From the NCBI GenBank assembly GCA_017436885.1, contig JAFSCG010000215.1, positions 1-42,042 on the forward strand: a DNA stretch of 42,042 bases. Reading direction: 5' to 3'. A model generated the notes under the pieces. It did no database searches and was not told the DNA's origin. It saw only the letters and a program-made list of their open reading frames with translations. The position numbers were made by a program, and so were the translations under genes. The number at the start of each line of letters is the position of its first letter. The stretch's first letter is position 1. The DNA comes from Clostridia bacterium. GTDB taxonomy: Bacteria > Bacillota > Clostridia > Oscillospirales > CAG-272. Of this stretch, positions 24,859-34,473 are shown piece by piece.

Positions 24859-24900
24859 CCCCCGACAGACCTTTAATCTGTCGGGGGCTTACTCTTTTTT
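24859..24900. terminator. Bidirectional rho-independent terminator (araC on +, ABC operon on -)
   Basis: CCCCCGACAGA (24859-24869) pairs with TCTGTCGGGGG (24877-24887) across a 7-nt loop. It is preceded by A9 (24846-24854) and followed by CTTACTCTTTTTT. Confidence 0.7.
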
Positions 24901-25029
24901 CTGCGGTTCAATTCTTATTGTCAGTAGAGGCGTTCTTTGAACGCCCGCGGGCGAACGCAGTTCGCCCATACCGTATAATTGTAAGTATCCTTATGAGAGC
25001 CAACCTTTACTCAGAGATTTTTTATTAAA

Positions 25030-26217
25030 TCAAACCGAGAACATAACCTTCTCGCTATCAAACATTCTTGTAAGCAGGAACACCATAACGCCCATAACGG
25101 CAAGGTTCACACCGCAGGTTACGGCGATGTTCACAGGGTCTGCCGCAAAGGAGAAGATGGCGCTCATGCATTGCGCGCTGTTATACAGAGGAATGCAATA
25201 CATAACGGGGTTGGTGGGTGCGGAGCCGAGCATTGCCGTTACGCCGATAAGCATGTTGATAAGCATAACGGGGGTAAGCGCCGTGCCCGCCTCCTTAACG
25301 CTCTTGGCAAAGGCGGAAATACAGGATATAAGGGCAACCAACAGAAGCACCGTGGAAACGATAACGCAGCCGAGCATCAGATAATCGGTGATGCCATAGA
25401 AGCTTGCGTCCATGTTCAGTCCCGAATCCTCGAAATTCATCAGCTTCGGCAGGGCAAGCACGGTACCGACAGTGCTGGAAACACCCGAAAGCACCGCAAT
25501 AACGCCAAGGCTGAATATCTTGCCGAGAGCAAGATGTGAGCGTCTGATGGGGGTAATGAGCAGGGTTGCAATGGTTCCGCGCTCCTTCTCGCCCGCGATG
25601 GACTCGGGGGCAACTGCCATACAGCCCGAGAACATGAACATCATCAGCAGCATGGGCATCATCATTGCGAATATCTGACCTGCCGCCTCCTCTTCTGTGG
25701 CAAGGTCGTAGCTTTCGTCGCCCATGTTTATATCAAAAAGGTTGGTAACGGAGCTTTCGTAGCCGTCAAGCACAGCCGCAGCCGTTTGATACACGGCAAG
25801 CGACTCGGTATTCGCGGAATTGAAGTAGAGAGCTATCATCGGAGCATCTTCCGCAGGCACTGCCGTGCCGTTAAAGAGCGCCTCCGCGCCCTCGGGGAAC
25901 ACCATCAACAGATCAGCCTCAGAAGCGGTTATCTGCTGCTTGTAGCTCTCTGTCTCTGCGGCATCGATGGTCTGTATATCCGTTCCGAGAGCCGCCTCCA
26001 GCATAGCTTCCGCATTTGCCGGAACGTTAACGGCATAGCAAACGGGAACGTAGCCGTCCTCGTTACCGAACATATCCCCCATGGCACTACCCATAAAGGA
26101 ATACAGAAAATAGATAAGCAGACCGGGCAAAAGAATGGAGGTAAACACAAGTCGCTTGTCGCCGAAGAAGCGGGCAAACTCCTTACGCATTATGGCCCAT
26201 ATCTTGTTGTTTTTCAT
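25030..26217 (-). CDS. ABC-2 type transporter permease (NatB-like, 395 aa)
   Basis: N-terminal TM, a large extracytoplasmic loop and a C-terminal cluster of 5 TM helices. MRKEFARFFGDKRL start is typical of the ABC-2 family. ATGA overlap with the ATPase gene. Confidence 0.8.
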   Translation of the reverse strand: MKNNKIWAIMRKEFARFFGDKRLVFTSILLPGLLIYFLYSFMGSAMGDMFGNEDGYVPVCYAVNVPANAEAMLEAALGTDIQTIDAAETESYKQQITASEADLLMVFPEGAEALFNGTAVPAEDAPMIALYFNSANTESLAVYQTAAAVLDGYESSVTNLFDINMGDESYDLATEEEAAGQIFAMMMPMLLMMFMFSGCMAVAPESIAGEKERGTIATLLITPIRRSHLALGKIFSLGVIAVLSGVSSTVGTVLALPKLMNFEDSGLNMDASFYGITDYLMLGCVIVSTVLLLVALISCISAFAKSVKEAGTALTPVMLINMLIGVTAMLGSAPTNPVMYCIPLYNSAQCMSAIFSFAADPVNIAVTCGVNLAVMGVMVFLLTRMFDSEKVMFSV

Positions 26218-26993
26218 TTTGCCGCCTCCTTTGCATCGTTGTAAAGCTCGAAGAAGCGGTCCTCAAGGGAAATTCCGCCGCAAACGGCGTCAAGGGAATC
26301 GCAGACCGCCATTTTTCCGTCGATTATTATGCCAACGCGGTCGCACAGCTTTTCCACAAGGCTGAATATGTGGGTGGAGATCATAACGGTCTTCTTTTCC
26401 GCCTTCAGATCAAGCAGGAAGTCCGTAACGGTCTTTGCGGTAATTATGTCAAGTCCGTTTGTGGGCTCGTCGAAGATGACCACGTCGGGATCATGTACAA
26501 GGGAAATAACCAGCGATGCCTTCTGCTTCATTCCCGTGGAAAGGTTGGCAACCTTCACCCCTGCAAACTCGTTAATACCGAAGCGGCTGAACATTTCTGC
26601 CTTTCTTGCCTTTGCAACGTCAGCGGGAACGCCGTGAAGATCGGCAAAAAAGTCGAAAAGATAGTCGGGAGTAAAGAACTGCTCAAGCTTCAGCTCGCTT
26701 GTGAGAAAGCCGATGCGTGAGCGCACCCTATCGGGCTCGCGCACGATGCTTGCGCCGTCCACGAATGCCTCGCCCGACGTGGGCTTGATAAGGGTGGAAA
26801 GCATACGAAGCGTGGTGGTCTTTCCCGCACCGTTAGGTCCTAACAGACCGAATACCTCGCCCTCGTAAACGGAAAAATTCAGCTTGTTCGCAGCGATCTT
26901 CACCTTCTCCGAGGTGTTGTTAAGCTTGCGCTGCTTGGTGCTGAGAACGAACTCTTTTGTGAGGTCGTTAACTGTGATAAGCTCTCTTGGCAT
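26214..26993 (-). CDS. ABC transporter ATP-binding protein (NatA-like, 259 aa)
   Basis: Walker A GPNGAGKTT, signature LSTGMKQK, Walker B VVIFDEPTNGLD. Confidence 0.92.
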   Translation of the reverse strand: MPRELITVNDLTKEFVLSTKQRKLNNTSEKVKIAANKLNFSVYEGEVFGLLGPNGAGKTTTLRMLSTLIKPTSGEAFVDGASIVREPDRVRSRIGFLTSELKLEQFFTPDYLFDFFADLHGVPADVAKARKAEMFSRFGINEFAGVKVANLSTGMKQKASLVISLVHDPDVVIFDEPTNGLDIITAKTVTDFLLDLKAEKKTVMISTHIFSLVEKLCDRVGIIIDGKMAVCDSLDAVCGGISLEDRFFELYNDAKEAAK

Positions 26994-27152
26994 TATAAAT
27001 CCTCCTTTTTCTCGTTTTGTAACGGCTTTCGACCGTAGGGGCGGATATCATCCGCCCGTGTTTCCTTGTTATTTTTATAATGGAGGGGCTTTCTCCTCCC
27101 GCCGTTTATAACACAAAACCGCCCTTCTATGCTCCTAACCCTTACGCTGTGT

Positions 27153-27959
27153 TCATTTTGTTGATTGCGTTTCTAACAGCTTCTTTTTCATTATTTCAGC
27201 ATGCTTCTGCGCGAACTTAGCCAACTCTCTGTTTGGATGATCCATATAATCCATAATAATTCTTAAATTGTTTTCAGACGGATAAAATTGCAAACAATTA
27301 ATAGCATTGAATGATGTTTGTTCGACAATATATGTTAGTGGGGGATAATATTCTCCTTCTTCAGTAAGACCCACATCAGCCATTGTTACATTTTTGTTTA
27401 TCAAATGATTTGCCATAATTTGCCCGAGTTCAGCAGGCGCCCATTTTTTCGCTATCATTCTTGCAGTTACGCCGAGAATAAACACATCCCTTCGAGATTT
27501 CATTAAATCAACAAGTTCCGGAACAAGTTTGGGCGATTTCAACCTCTTGAAAGCATTGTCATAGGTTACATAAATATGTGCCGAGCTTTCGGATCCCGGT
27601 GGGGAAATGTAATATGGAGATGCCCGAAAATGATGGTATAAGTCCATAACTATTCTGTCCAGATCCTTGATTTTCACTTTGTCCGCAAGAATACGACTAA
27701 CAAGAACGGCACGGCAAGATTCCGACTCAAATTGATAAATATATTTCAAATAAATGCTACTTGCACCTACAGAAGGACCAAACATCGAAATTTCCGTTAG
27801 ATAACGAAAGTTATATTTATAGTCCGAGAATGTTCGGTTGATCTCATCACACATTTGTTTTAAAATGTTTTTGTCATTGCCGACAAATGTGTATGCAGTA
27901 CCTGCTTCCTCTCTGATAATAGAGTCTAATACTGCCTTTGGAATATAATTACTCTCCAC
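27153..27959 (-). CDS. Hypothetical protein encoded by a markedly AT-rich gene (268 aa from GTG 27959)
   Basis: Long intact ORF. 60-nt lines within it count 25-45% GC versus about 60% in the flanks. GAGGAGG lies 6 nt before GTG 27959 (the ORF track uses TTG 27974). No family recognised. Confidence 0.6.
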   Translation of the reverse strand: MESNYIPKAVLDSIIREEAGTAYTFVGNDKNILKQMCDEINRTFSDYKYNFRYLTEISMFGPSVGASSIYLKYIYQFESESCRAVLVSRILADKVKIKDLDRIVMDLYHHFRASPYYISPPGSESSAHIYVTYDNAFKRLKSPKLVPELVDLMKSRRDVFILGVTARMIAKKWAPAELGQIMANHLINKNVTMADVGLTEEGEYYPPLTYIVEQTSFNAINCLQFYPSENNLRIIMDYMDHPNRELAKFAQKHAEIMKKKLLETQSTK

Positions 27960-27972
27960 AACAAGCCTCCTC

Positions 27973-28004
27973 AAAAAACATGGGCGGTCATTATCCGACC
28001 GCCC
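27973..28004 (-). terminator. Rho-independent terminator after the UPF0210 gene
   Basis: GGGCGGTC (27982-27989) pairs with GACCGCCC (27997-28004) across a 7-nt loop. On the minus strand it is followed by ATGTTTTTTG. It starts 9 nt after the stop at 28013. Confidence 0.65.
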
Positions 28005-28012
28005 CTTTTCTG

Positions 28013-29371
28013 TCAGTTCTTCAAGCTATGTATAGGAGCAGGAATACGTCCGCCGCGGGCAATAAACGCCGCGGAGGAGGGGGTACGCAAGGGCATTATG
28101 GGTGCGTAGCCGAGAAGTCCGCCGAACTCGACGGAATCGCCCACCTTCTTGCCGGGCGCGGGAATAACGCGAACGGCGGTGGTCTTGTTGTTTACAACGC
28201 CGATGGCGATCTCGTCGGCAATAAGTGCGGAAATGGTATCCGCGCTCGTATCTCCGGGAATGGCTATCATATCAAGGCCAACGGAGCAAACGGCGGTCAT
28301 TGCCTCCAGCTTCTCGATGGACAGCTCGCCTATCTCCGCCGCGTGTATCATACCCGCATCCTCGGAAACGGGAATGAATGCACCGGAAAGTCCGCCAACG
28401 TGGGAGCTTGCCATAACTCCGCCCTTCTTTACGGCGTCGTTGAGCATTGCAAGAGCGGCGGTGGTGCCGTGGGTACCGCATACCTCAAGACCCATGGCCT
28501 CAAGAATGTGGGCAACGCTGTCGCCGATAGCGGGAGTGGGAGCAAGGGAAAGGTCAACTATTCCGTAAGGAATACCAAGTCGTCTTGATGCCTCGTAAGC
28601 AACAAGCTGACCGACACGGGTAATCTTGAACGCGGTCTTCTTTATAACGTCGCTGAGCTCGCCGAAGCTGACGTTACCTGCGCGCTCAATAGCCTTTGCC
28701 ACAACTCCGGGACCGGAAACGCCAACGTTGATGGCGCAGTCGCTTTCGCCGATACCGTGGAATGCACCCGCCATAAAGGGGTTATCCTCGGGCACGTTTG
28801 CAAACACAACCAGCTTTGCACAGCCAATGGCATCTCTGTCGGCGGTCTTTGCAGCTGTTTCCTTTATAATGCGGCCCATCTTTGCCACCGCATCCATATT
28901 GATGCCCGCCTTGGTGGAGGCAACGTTAACGGAGGAGCAAACGATATTGGTCTCGCTGAGGGCATCGGGAATAGAGTCGATAAGCGCCTCGCTTCCCTTG
29001 GTCATTCCCTTCTGCACCAATGCGCCGTAGCCGCCGATGAAGTTAACGCCGACCGTTGCGGCGGCGCGATCCAGCGCGCGTGCAATGGCAACGCAATCGT
29101 CGGGTGTGGCATTGCCGCAAACAAGTGATATTGGGGTAACGGAAATGCGCTTGTTCACTATCGGGATACCGATCTCCTTCTCAATGGAGGAAGCAACGGG
29201 AACAAGATTTTCCGCCGTCTTTGTGATCTTGTCGTATATCTTATCGCACAGCCTCTTGTTATCGTCGGCCACGCAGTCAAAGAGGGATATTCCCGCCGTA
29301 ACGGTTCTCACGTCGAGGTTTTCCTCTCTTATCATATTTATCGTTTCAAGTATATCTCTGGTGTTAAGCAT
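28013..29371 (-). CDS. UPF0210 / DUF711 (PFL-like) family protein (452 aa)
   Basis: The N-terminus [27 protein letters not shown] is characteristic of the UPF0210 family. It is paired with a small ACT protein, as is usual. Confidence 0.85.
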   Translation of the reverse strand: MLNTRDILETINMIREENLDVRTVTAGISLFDCVADDNKRLCDKIYDKITKTAENLVPVASSIEKEIGIPIVNKRISVTPISLVCGNATPDDCVAIARALDRAAATVGVNFIGGYGALVQKGMTKGSEALIDSIPDALSETNIVCSSVNVASTKAGINMDAVAKMGRIIKETAAKTADRDAIGCAKLVVFANVPEDNPFMAGAFHGIGESDCAINVGVSGPGVVAKAIERAGNVSFGELSDVIKKTAFKITRVGQLVAYEASRRLGIPYGIVDLSLAPTPAIGDSVAHILEAMGLEVCGTHGTTAALAMLNDAVKKGGVMASSHVGGLSGAFIPVSEDAGMIHAAEIGELSIEKLEAMTAVCSVGLDMIAIPGDTSADTISALIADEIAIGVVNNKTTAVRVIPAPGKKVGDSVEFGGLLGYAPIMPLRTPSSAAFIARGGRIPAPIHSLKN

Positions 29372-29380
29372 TCCGCGACC

Positions 29381-29653
29381 TCATATTCTGTGCATAGCGT
29401 TGAAGATGTCCTCGTGCATTGCACGGATCTCAAGACCGCTGTTTTTGCCCATCTCCGCCATTGCATCCACAAACTCGGAGAAGGGGCGATTGATCTTGGA
29501 AATATCCACAAGCATTATCATTGCAAAATATTCGTCAAGCACGCTTTGGGTGATCTCGACTATATTAACGCCAAAATCCGCACATCCGCCGCTGACCGCC
29601 GCGATAATACCGATGCTGTCCTTACCGATAACCGAAATAACTGCTTTTTTCAT
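29381..29653 (-). CDS. ACT-domain protein (UPF0237 family, 90 aa)
   Basis: MKKAVISVIGKDSIGIIAAVSGGCADFGVNIVEITQSVL... ATG 29653 has GGGAG upstream and is preferred to the ORF-track start at 29692. Confidence 0.8.
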   Translation of the reverse strand: MKKAVISVIGKDSIGIIAAVSGGCADFGVNIVEITQSVLDEYFAMIMLVDISKINRPFSEFVDAMAEMGKNSGLEIRAMHEDIFNAMHRI

Positions 29654-29669
29654 TTTTTCTCCCATCTGA

Positions 29670-30482
29670 TCATTCATCAAGAACGGAGCCAAGCTCCGTA
29701 TTTTCTATATCATAAGAAATTTTCGTGGTCTGCATACGGGAAACCAGTATACTTTCCACATACGTCTCGCAGGAATAAAGGGCGCTTCTGTCAATATCCA
29801 GCATATATACGTCCATGTGATCATCGTATTCCATGGTAATACGGGCCATATTCACACTTTCCTCGCGCACCGTTTCTACGGTGCAGTTAAGCACGTTGCC
29901 CATCTTCCACGTTACGGGATCCCCTGCGTGATAATTGATAACGAAATTAATTATATCGATAGCGCTGATGCTGCCCGTGGTCTGCTCAAAATATCCCTCC
30001 GGCACGCTATCAAGGCTCGCGTTTATTCCAACTCTGCTGTCAAACACCTTGGCTTTTCCGCCGATCAGCTTGACCTCGCGTACTATCTTGCTGTCCACAA
30101 ACTCCAGCAGGTGAAAATCGCTGTTTTTGCGAACGACGCTGCAATGAATTGCCGCCGAACCGCTGTCCCCATAGGTGATCGTGTACTCGTGCAGATATTG
30201 ATTACCCGCCTTGCCCGTAGCAAGCACGTCCTTAATTACCGAGGAATCCAACATAACGAACACCGTTTCGCCGTTTTTTTCTCTGTTTGCAATGCTGTTG
30301 AGCAGCGCGGTGATCTCCTGCCCGTCATCTCCATCGGGATCTGTGCCGTCGGAGGTGAAAGAAAGGTCAACCAATCCCACCTTGTGCAAACCGAAAAGAG
30401 CAAGACTCAGCAGTATTGCAAGCACCGCAAACAACAAAAGCACCGAAAATGTGTTGCCGTGGCTAAGTTTTTTCTGCTTCAT
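29670..30482 (-). CDS. Membrane-anchored hypothetical protein (270 aa, single N-terminal TM)
   Basis: N-terminal FSVLLLFAVLAILLSLALFGL helix, with the remainder predicted extracytoplasmic. No motif recognised. Confidence 0.6.
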   Translation of the reverse strand: MKQKKLSHGNTFSVLLLFAVLAILLSLALFGLHKVGLVDLSFTSDGTDPDGDDGQEITALLNSIANREKNGETVFVMLDSSVIKDVLATGKAGNQYLHEYTITYGDSGSAAIHCSVVRKNSDFHLLEFVDSKIVREVKLIGGKAKVFDSRVGINASLDSVPEGYFEQTTGSISAIDIINFVINYHAGDPVTWKMGNVLNCTVETVREESVNMARITMEYDDHMDVYMLDIDRSALYSCETYVESILVSRMQTTKISYDIENTELGSVLDE

Positions 30483-30513
30483 TTCTTCCTCCTTTAGATA
30501 GTTTTACGGGAAA

Positions 30514-31608
30514 TTACTTTCCATCGTCAACGCTTTGTATATCGTCCGGATGAGGATCGATATTTTCAAGGCCTGTCAGTGCTCGCAGATCCTTATTCTT
30601 CATTATAAAATAAAGTGCGATATAAAGCCCGAGGGTTGCCGCCACAAGGCAGATGGCGGGGACGAAGGACGACTCCATAAGGAGTATCGCCGAAATTCCG
30701 AGAGTGCCGCTGATGGAATAAAGGATGCGAACGCTCATTTTGTGTCCGAAGCCCATGTCCACCAATCTATGATGGAGATGACCTCTGTCTGCCGCAAAGG
30801 GGCTCTTGCCGTGGGCAACGCGGCGCACGATGGCAAAGGCGGTATCAAAGAGCGGCAGTCCGAATATGGTAAGAGGAATGAGGAACGCAAGCACCGCATC
30901 CATCTTGAAAACGCCGCCAACGGAAAGCACAGACAGGGTGTAACCGAGGAACAGCGCACCCGTATCGCCCATGAATATCTTTGCGGGATTGGAATTGAAG
31001 GGCAAAAAGCCGGCACAGCTTCCTGCGAGAATGGCGGTAATAAGAGCGTAATATACGTTGCCGCCCAGGAGCATTACCACCGCAAGAGATATTGCGCAAA
31101 TGGTGGAAACGCCGCAGGCAAGTCCGTCAAGACCGTCGATAAGATTTACCGCATTGGTAATGACCACTATCCACAGCACGGTAACGACTATGCTCCAATT
31201 ACCGAGGACCACCGTTTTTCCGAAAAGGTGCAAAAAGGTTATCTGCATGCCTTGGGAAACGGGAATAAAGGCCACCGCAGCCTGAACTATCGCCTTCATC
31301 CAGGGCTTAAGGGAATAAATATCGTCCACTATTCCCAAAAGAACAAGGATAAAGCCGCCGCTCCAAACGGCAACGAGGTCTCTTGTCATATCGCAAAAGA
31401 CCAAAGTGGAAACGAAAAAGCCGAAAAACATTGCAAGTCCGCCTATACGCGGTATAGGCTGCTTATGCATTCTTCTGCCGTCCTTTGCGCGGTCTATGGC
31501 ATTTATCTTAAATGCCAGCACACGCACGGCAGGGGTGGAGGAAAATGCAAGCAGTGCCGCGCACAGCACGGACACTATGGCATATATCCAATCGGTGCTT
31601 ATCATCAC
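30514..31608 (-). CDS. MraY/WecA-family (glycosyltransferase family 4) undecaprenyl-phosphate sugar-1-phosphate transferase
   Basis: Polytopic protein with HKQPIPRIGGL, NLIDGLDGL and FMGDTGALFLG motifs typical of WecA/TagO. Confidence 0.85.
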   Translation of the reverse strand: MMISTDWIYAIVSVLCAALLAFSSTPAVRVLAFKINAIDRAKDGRRMHKQPIPRIGGLAMFFGFFVSTLVFCDMTRDLVAVWSGGFILVLLGIVDDIYSLKPWMKAIVQAAVAFIPVSQGMQITFLHLFGKTVVLGNWSIVVTVLWIVVITNAVNLIDGLDGLACGVSTICAISLAVVMLLGGNVYYALITAILAGSCAGFLPFNSNPAKIFMGDTGALFLGYTLSVLSVGGVFKMDAVLAFLIPLTIFGLPLFDTAFAIVRRVAHGKSPFAADRGHLHHRLVDMGFGHKMSVRILYSISGTLGISAILLMESSFVPAICLVAATLGLYIALYFIMKNKDLRALTGLENIDPHPDDIQSVDDGK

Positions 31609-31616
31609 AGCCTCCG

Positions 31617-32636
31617 TTATCTGGGAATATCGGTAAAGCCCATCTTGCGCTTTACCTTGGAAAGGGTACGGCGGGCAGCGTAGGATGCTCTCTCCGCGCC
31701 CTGCTTCATTACCTCTTCAAGATACTTTTTGTCCGCTATCAGGCGGTTATACTCTTCATGAACGGGTCTTAAGGTATCGGCACAAAGCTCACCGACGGCT
31801 GTTTTGAAGTCGCCGTATCCCTTACCCGCAAATTCAGCCTCCACCTCCGCGCAGGTCTTGCCGGAGAGAACGCCGTATATGGTGATAAGATTGTTGATTC
31901 CGTCCTTACCCTCGCCCATTACTATCTCGTTGCCGCTGTCGGTAACCGCGCGGCGGAACTTGCGGATGATATCGTCCTTGCTGTCAAGGATGTATACCAC
32001 CGCGTTGGGATTGGGGTCGGACTTGGACATCTTCTGAGTAGGCTCTGCCAACGACATTATTCTCGCGCCGCTCTTTGGCATATAAGGCTCCGGCACCGTA
32101 AAGGTGGGACTGTACAGAGTGTTAAAGCGGACTGCAATGTCGCGCGCAAGCTCAAGATGCTGCTTCTGGTCGCTGCCGATGGGCACTATATCCGTCTGAT
32201 AAAGAAGAATATCCGCCGCCATCAGCACGGGGTAGGTAAACAGACCTGCGTTGATATTTTCCGCATGCTTGCGGCTCTTGTCCTTGAACTGGGTCATACG
32301 GGAAAGCTCGCCGAACATGGTGTTGCAGCCAAGGAGCCACGAAAGCTCTGCGTGCTCGTGCACGTGGCTTTGCACGTACAGGGTGTTCTTTTGAGGGTCA
32401 AGTCCGCAGGCCATGTAAATGGCAAGTCCTTCGTAGGTGCGGCGGCGTAGCTCTGCGGGAACCTGATGCACCGTTACGGAGTGCAGGTCGACCACGCAGT
32501 AATAGCACTCGTGATCGTCGGAAAAGGCGGAAAAATTCTTGATAGCGCCAAGGTAATTTCCGATGGAAAGATTACCCGAGGGCTGCACGCCCGAATATAC
32601 TATCTTCTTTTTAACTTCGTTTTTTACTTCGCTCAT
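31617..32636 (-). CDS. trpS: Tryptophan--tRNA ligase
   Basis: 339 aa. VYSGVQPSGNLSIGNYLGA (HIGH-region equivalent) and KMSKSD motifs. Typical TrpRS length. Confidence 0.95.
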   Translation of the reverse strand: MSEVKNEVKKKIVYSGVQPSGNLSIGNYLGAIKNFSAFSDDHECYYCVVDLHSVTVHQVPAELRRRTYEGLAIYMACGLDPQKNTLYVQSHVHEHAELSWLLGCNTMFGELSRMTQFKDKSRKHAENINAGLFTYPVLMAADILLYQTDIVPIGSDQKQHLELARDIAVRFNTLYSPTFTVPEPYMPKSGARIMSLAEPTQKMSKSDPNPNAVVYILDSKDDIIRKFRRAVTDSGNEIVMGEGKDGINNLITIYGVLSGKTCAEVEAEFAGKGYGDFKTAVGELCADTLRPVHEEYNRLIADKKYLEEVMKQGAERASYAARRTLSKVKRKMGFTDIPR

Positions 32637-32650
32637 AATACTGTCCTTTC

Positions 32651-33847
32651 TCAGCGGCAGAACATATCTCTTGCCGCCTTGGATATACGCTCAACACCCG
32701 TAACGATCTGCTCGTCGGAGGGGGTGGAGTAATTAAGTCTGAAGCCGTTTGAGGGCTTTGTGGGATCGCAATTGAAGGTGGAACCGGGAACCACGGCCAC
32801 CTTATTTGCCATACACGCCTTTATGTAATCCGAGCAATCGGTAACGCCCTCGGGCAGACGGCACCAGATAAACAGACCGCCCTGGGGCCGGGTGTAGGTA
32901 ATGCAATCGGGCATATTTTTATCAAGGCAGGACAGCATAAGGCTTGTCTTATGCTTGTAGATGCCGCGGATCTTCTCGATGTGCGCATCAAGATCGCACT
33001 CAGCCATATACTTGTAGCAAAGCATCTGGAAGAAGATATTGGTGTGCACGTCCTCGCTCTGCTTTGCCACCGTCATCTTTGCTATTATCTCCTTATCCGC
33101 AATAACGAACCCAACGCGCATACCTGCGGAAAGTATCTTGGAAAACGAGGAGCAGTAGATAACTATTCCGTCCTCGTCAAGGGATTTCAAAGTGGGAATG
33201 TCCTCGCCCTCAAAGCGAAGCTCACCGTAGGGGTTGTCCTCGAAAATAACAACGCCGTGCTTCTTTGCCACGGCAAGGATAGCCTTTCTCTTTTCAAGAG
33301 AGGTGGAGGTGCCGCAGGGATTATGGAACGTTGGAATAAGATATATCATCTTTGCATTGGGAGTTGCCGCAAGGGTGCGGTCAAGCTCCTCGGGGTCGAT
33401 GCCGTCGTCGTGAAGCTTAACGCCAACGGTGTTTGCGCCGCAGGAGCGGAATGCATTGAGCGCACCGATAAAGGTAGGCTCCTCGCAGACCACAACGTCG
33501 CCCTCGTTTGTAAATATCTTTGCGGCAAGCTCGATGCCCTGATTACCGCCGCTGACGATAAGGGTGTCGTCGTTATCGCGAACAACGCCGAACTTTGCGC
33601 GCTGGCGGTCGGTAACTGCTGCACGAAGGGGCGCATAGCCCTCCGTCATGCTGTACTGCAGGGCGCTTACCGCGCTGTTTGCGTAAATGTCCGCGGAAAG
33701 GCGGGCAAGCTCCTCCACGGGAAAGGACTCGGGGGCCGGATTGCCGGCGGCAAAGGAAATTACCTCGGGGTCAACCAAGGACTTGAACATCTCTCTGATG
33801 GCCGAGGGCTTAAGACTTTTGATCTTATCGGAAAAATTGTAATTCAT
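32651..33847 (-). CDS. PLP-dependent aminotransferase, class I/II (398 aa)
   Basis: SFSKILSAGMRVGF PLP-lysine motif and YLIPTFHNPCG motif, as in the 2-aminoadipate/aromatic aminotransferase-like subgroup. Confidence 0.88.
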   Translation of the reverse strand: MNYNFSDKIKSLKPSAIREMFKSLVDPEVISFAAGNPAPESFPVEELARLSADIYANSAVSALQYSMTEGYAPLRAAVTDRQRAKFGVVRDNDDTLIVSGGNQGIELAAKIFTNEGDVVVCEEPTFIGALNAFRSCGANTVGVKLHDDGIDPEELDRTLAATPNAKMIYLIPTFHNPCGTSTSLEKRKAILAVAKKHGVVIFEDNPYGELRFEGEDIPTLKSLDEDGIVIYCSSFSKILSAGMRVGFVIADKEIIAKMTVAKQSEDVHTNIFFQMLCYKYMAECDLDAHIEKIRGIYKHKTSLMLSCLDKNMPDCITYTRPQGGLFIWCRLPEGVTDCSDYIKACMANKVAVVPGSTFNCDPTKPSNGFRLNYSTPSDEQIVTGVERISKAARDMFCR

Positions 33848-33865
33848 GATATCCTCGTTTCAGCT

Positions 33866-34465
33866 TCACTTGATCTTGGGAAGCGCATAATTTTTTACGG
33901 CCTTTTCGGGAACGTAAACAAGCATACTGCCGTAGGGCGGGTCCTTCTCCGGATCGCATTCTCCGAAATAAACGTCCAGATATATCATACCCGTGGTGCT
34001 TGTATCCACGTTGTCAAACACCAATCGGCGGTAGTTGTAAATAAGGAAAGTGCAGTAATTTGCATCGGAAAGGGGGTACAGCTTGCCGTTTGCGTCGCGC
34101 AGATAGTAGGAAAATCTCTCGTCGTCCCCTGCGGGAAGCGCGTCAAGCCCCTTATCGTTTTTTATATCCTCAAGCGTACTGTTGTTGTACCTTAAGGTTA
34201 ACTGTATCTGACCCGCATCGGGAATGAGCACGAAATGATTGAAAAAGAAATGCGCTCTTTCCTTGTTATCATACGGTGTTACGGGGTCCTGCAAAAATGC
34301 ATCGGGGGGTGTGCCGTCCTCGCCGTAAGCGGCGGAAAGCACCGTGTTTTCAAGTATCCCCTTTGCCTCGGCAGGATAATAATCCGACAGCATTATCCGC
34401 AGTATGAACATCCCGCAGAAAAGGAATATTCCCGTTACGAGAACGGTCTTTAATATTTTACCCAT
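33866..34465 (-). CDS. Membrane-anchored hypothetical protein (199 aa)
   Basis: N-terminal TM TVLVTGIFLFCGMFILRI. No recognised motif. Tightly packed between polA and the aminotransferase gene. Confidence 0.6.
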   Translation of the reverse strand: MGKILKTVLVTGIFLFCGMFILRIMLSDYYPAEAKGILENTVLSAAYGEDGTPPDAFLQDPVTPYDNKERAHFFFNHFVLIPDAGQIQLTLRYNNSTLEDIKNDKGLDALPAGDDERFSYYLRDANGKLYPLSDANYCTFLIYNYRRLVFDNVDTSTTGMIYLDVYFGECDPEKDPPYGSMLVYVPEKAVKNYALPKIK

Positions 34466-34473
34466 ATTTCACC

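Noticed and set aside
26994-27152. The palindrome GGGCGGAT-atc-ATCCGCCC and a GGAGG...CCTCC stem upstream of the ABC ATPase gene. I considered them as a terminator for the AT-rich gene or an operator for the ABC operon.
   Set aside because: No U-tract follows either stem on the minus strand, and I could not pair them with a convincing -35/-10. I left them unannotated.
32637-32650. Expected T-box leaders upstream of trpS and of aspS (41830-41865).
   Set aside because: The intergenic gaps are only 14 and 36 nt. Both synthetase genes appear to be internal members of a long operon, so there is no room for a T-box.
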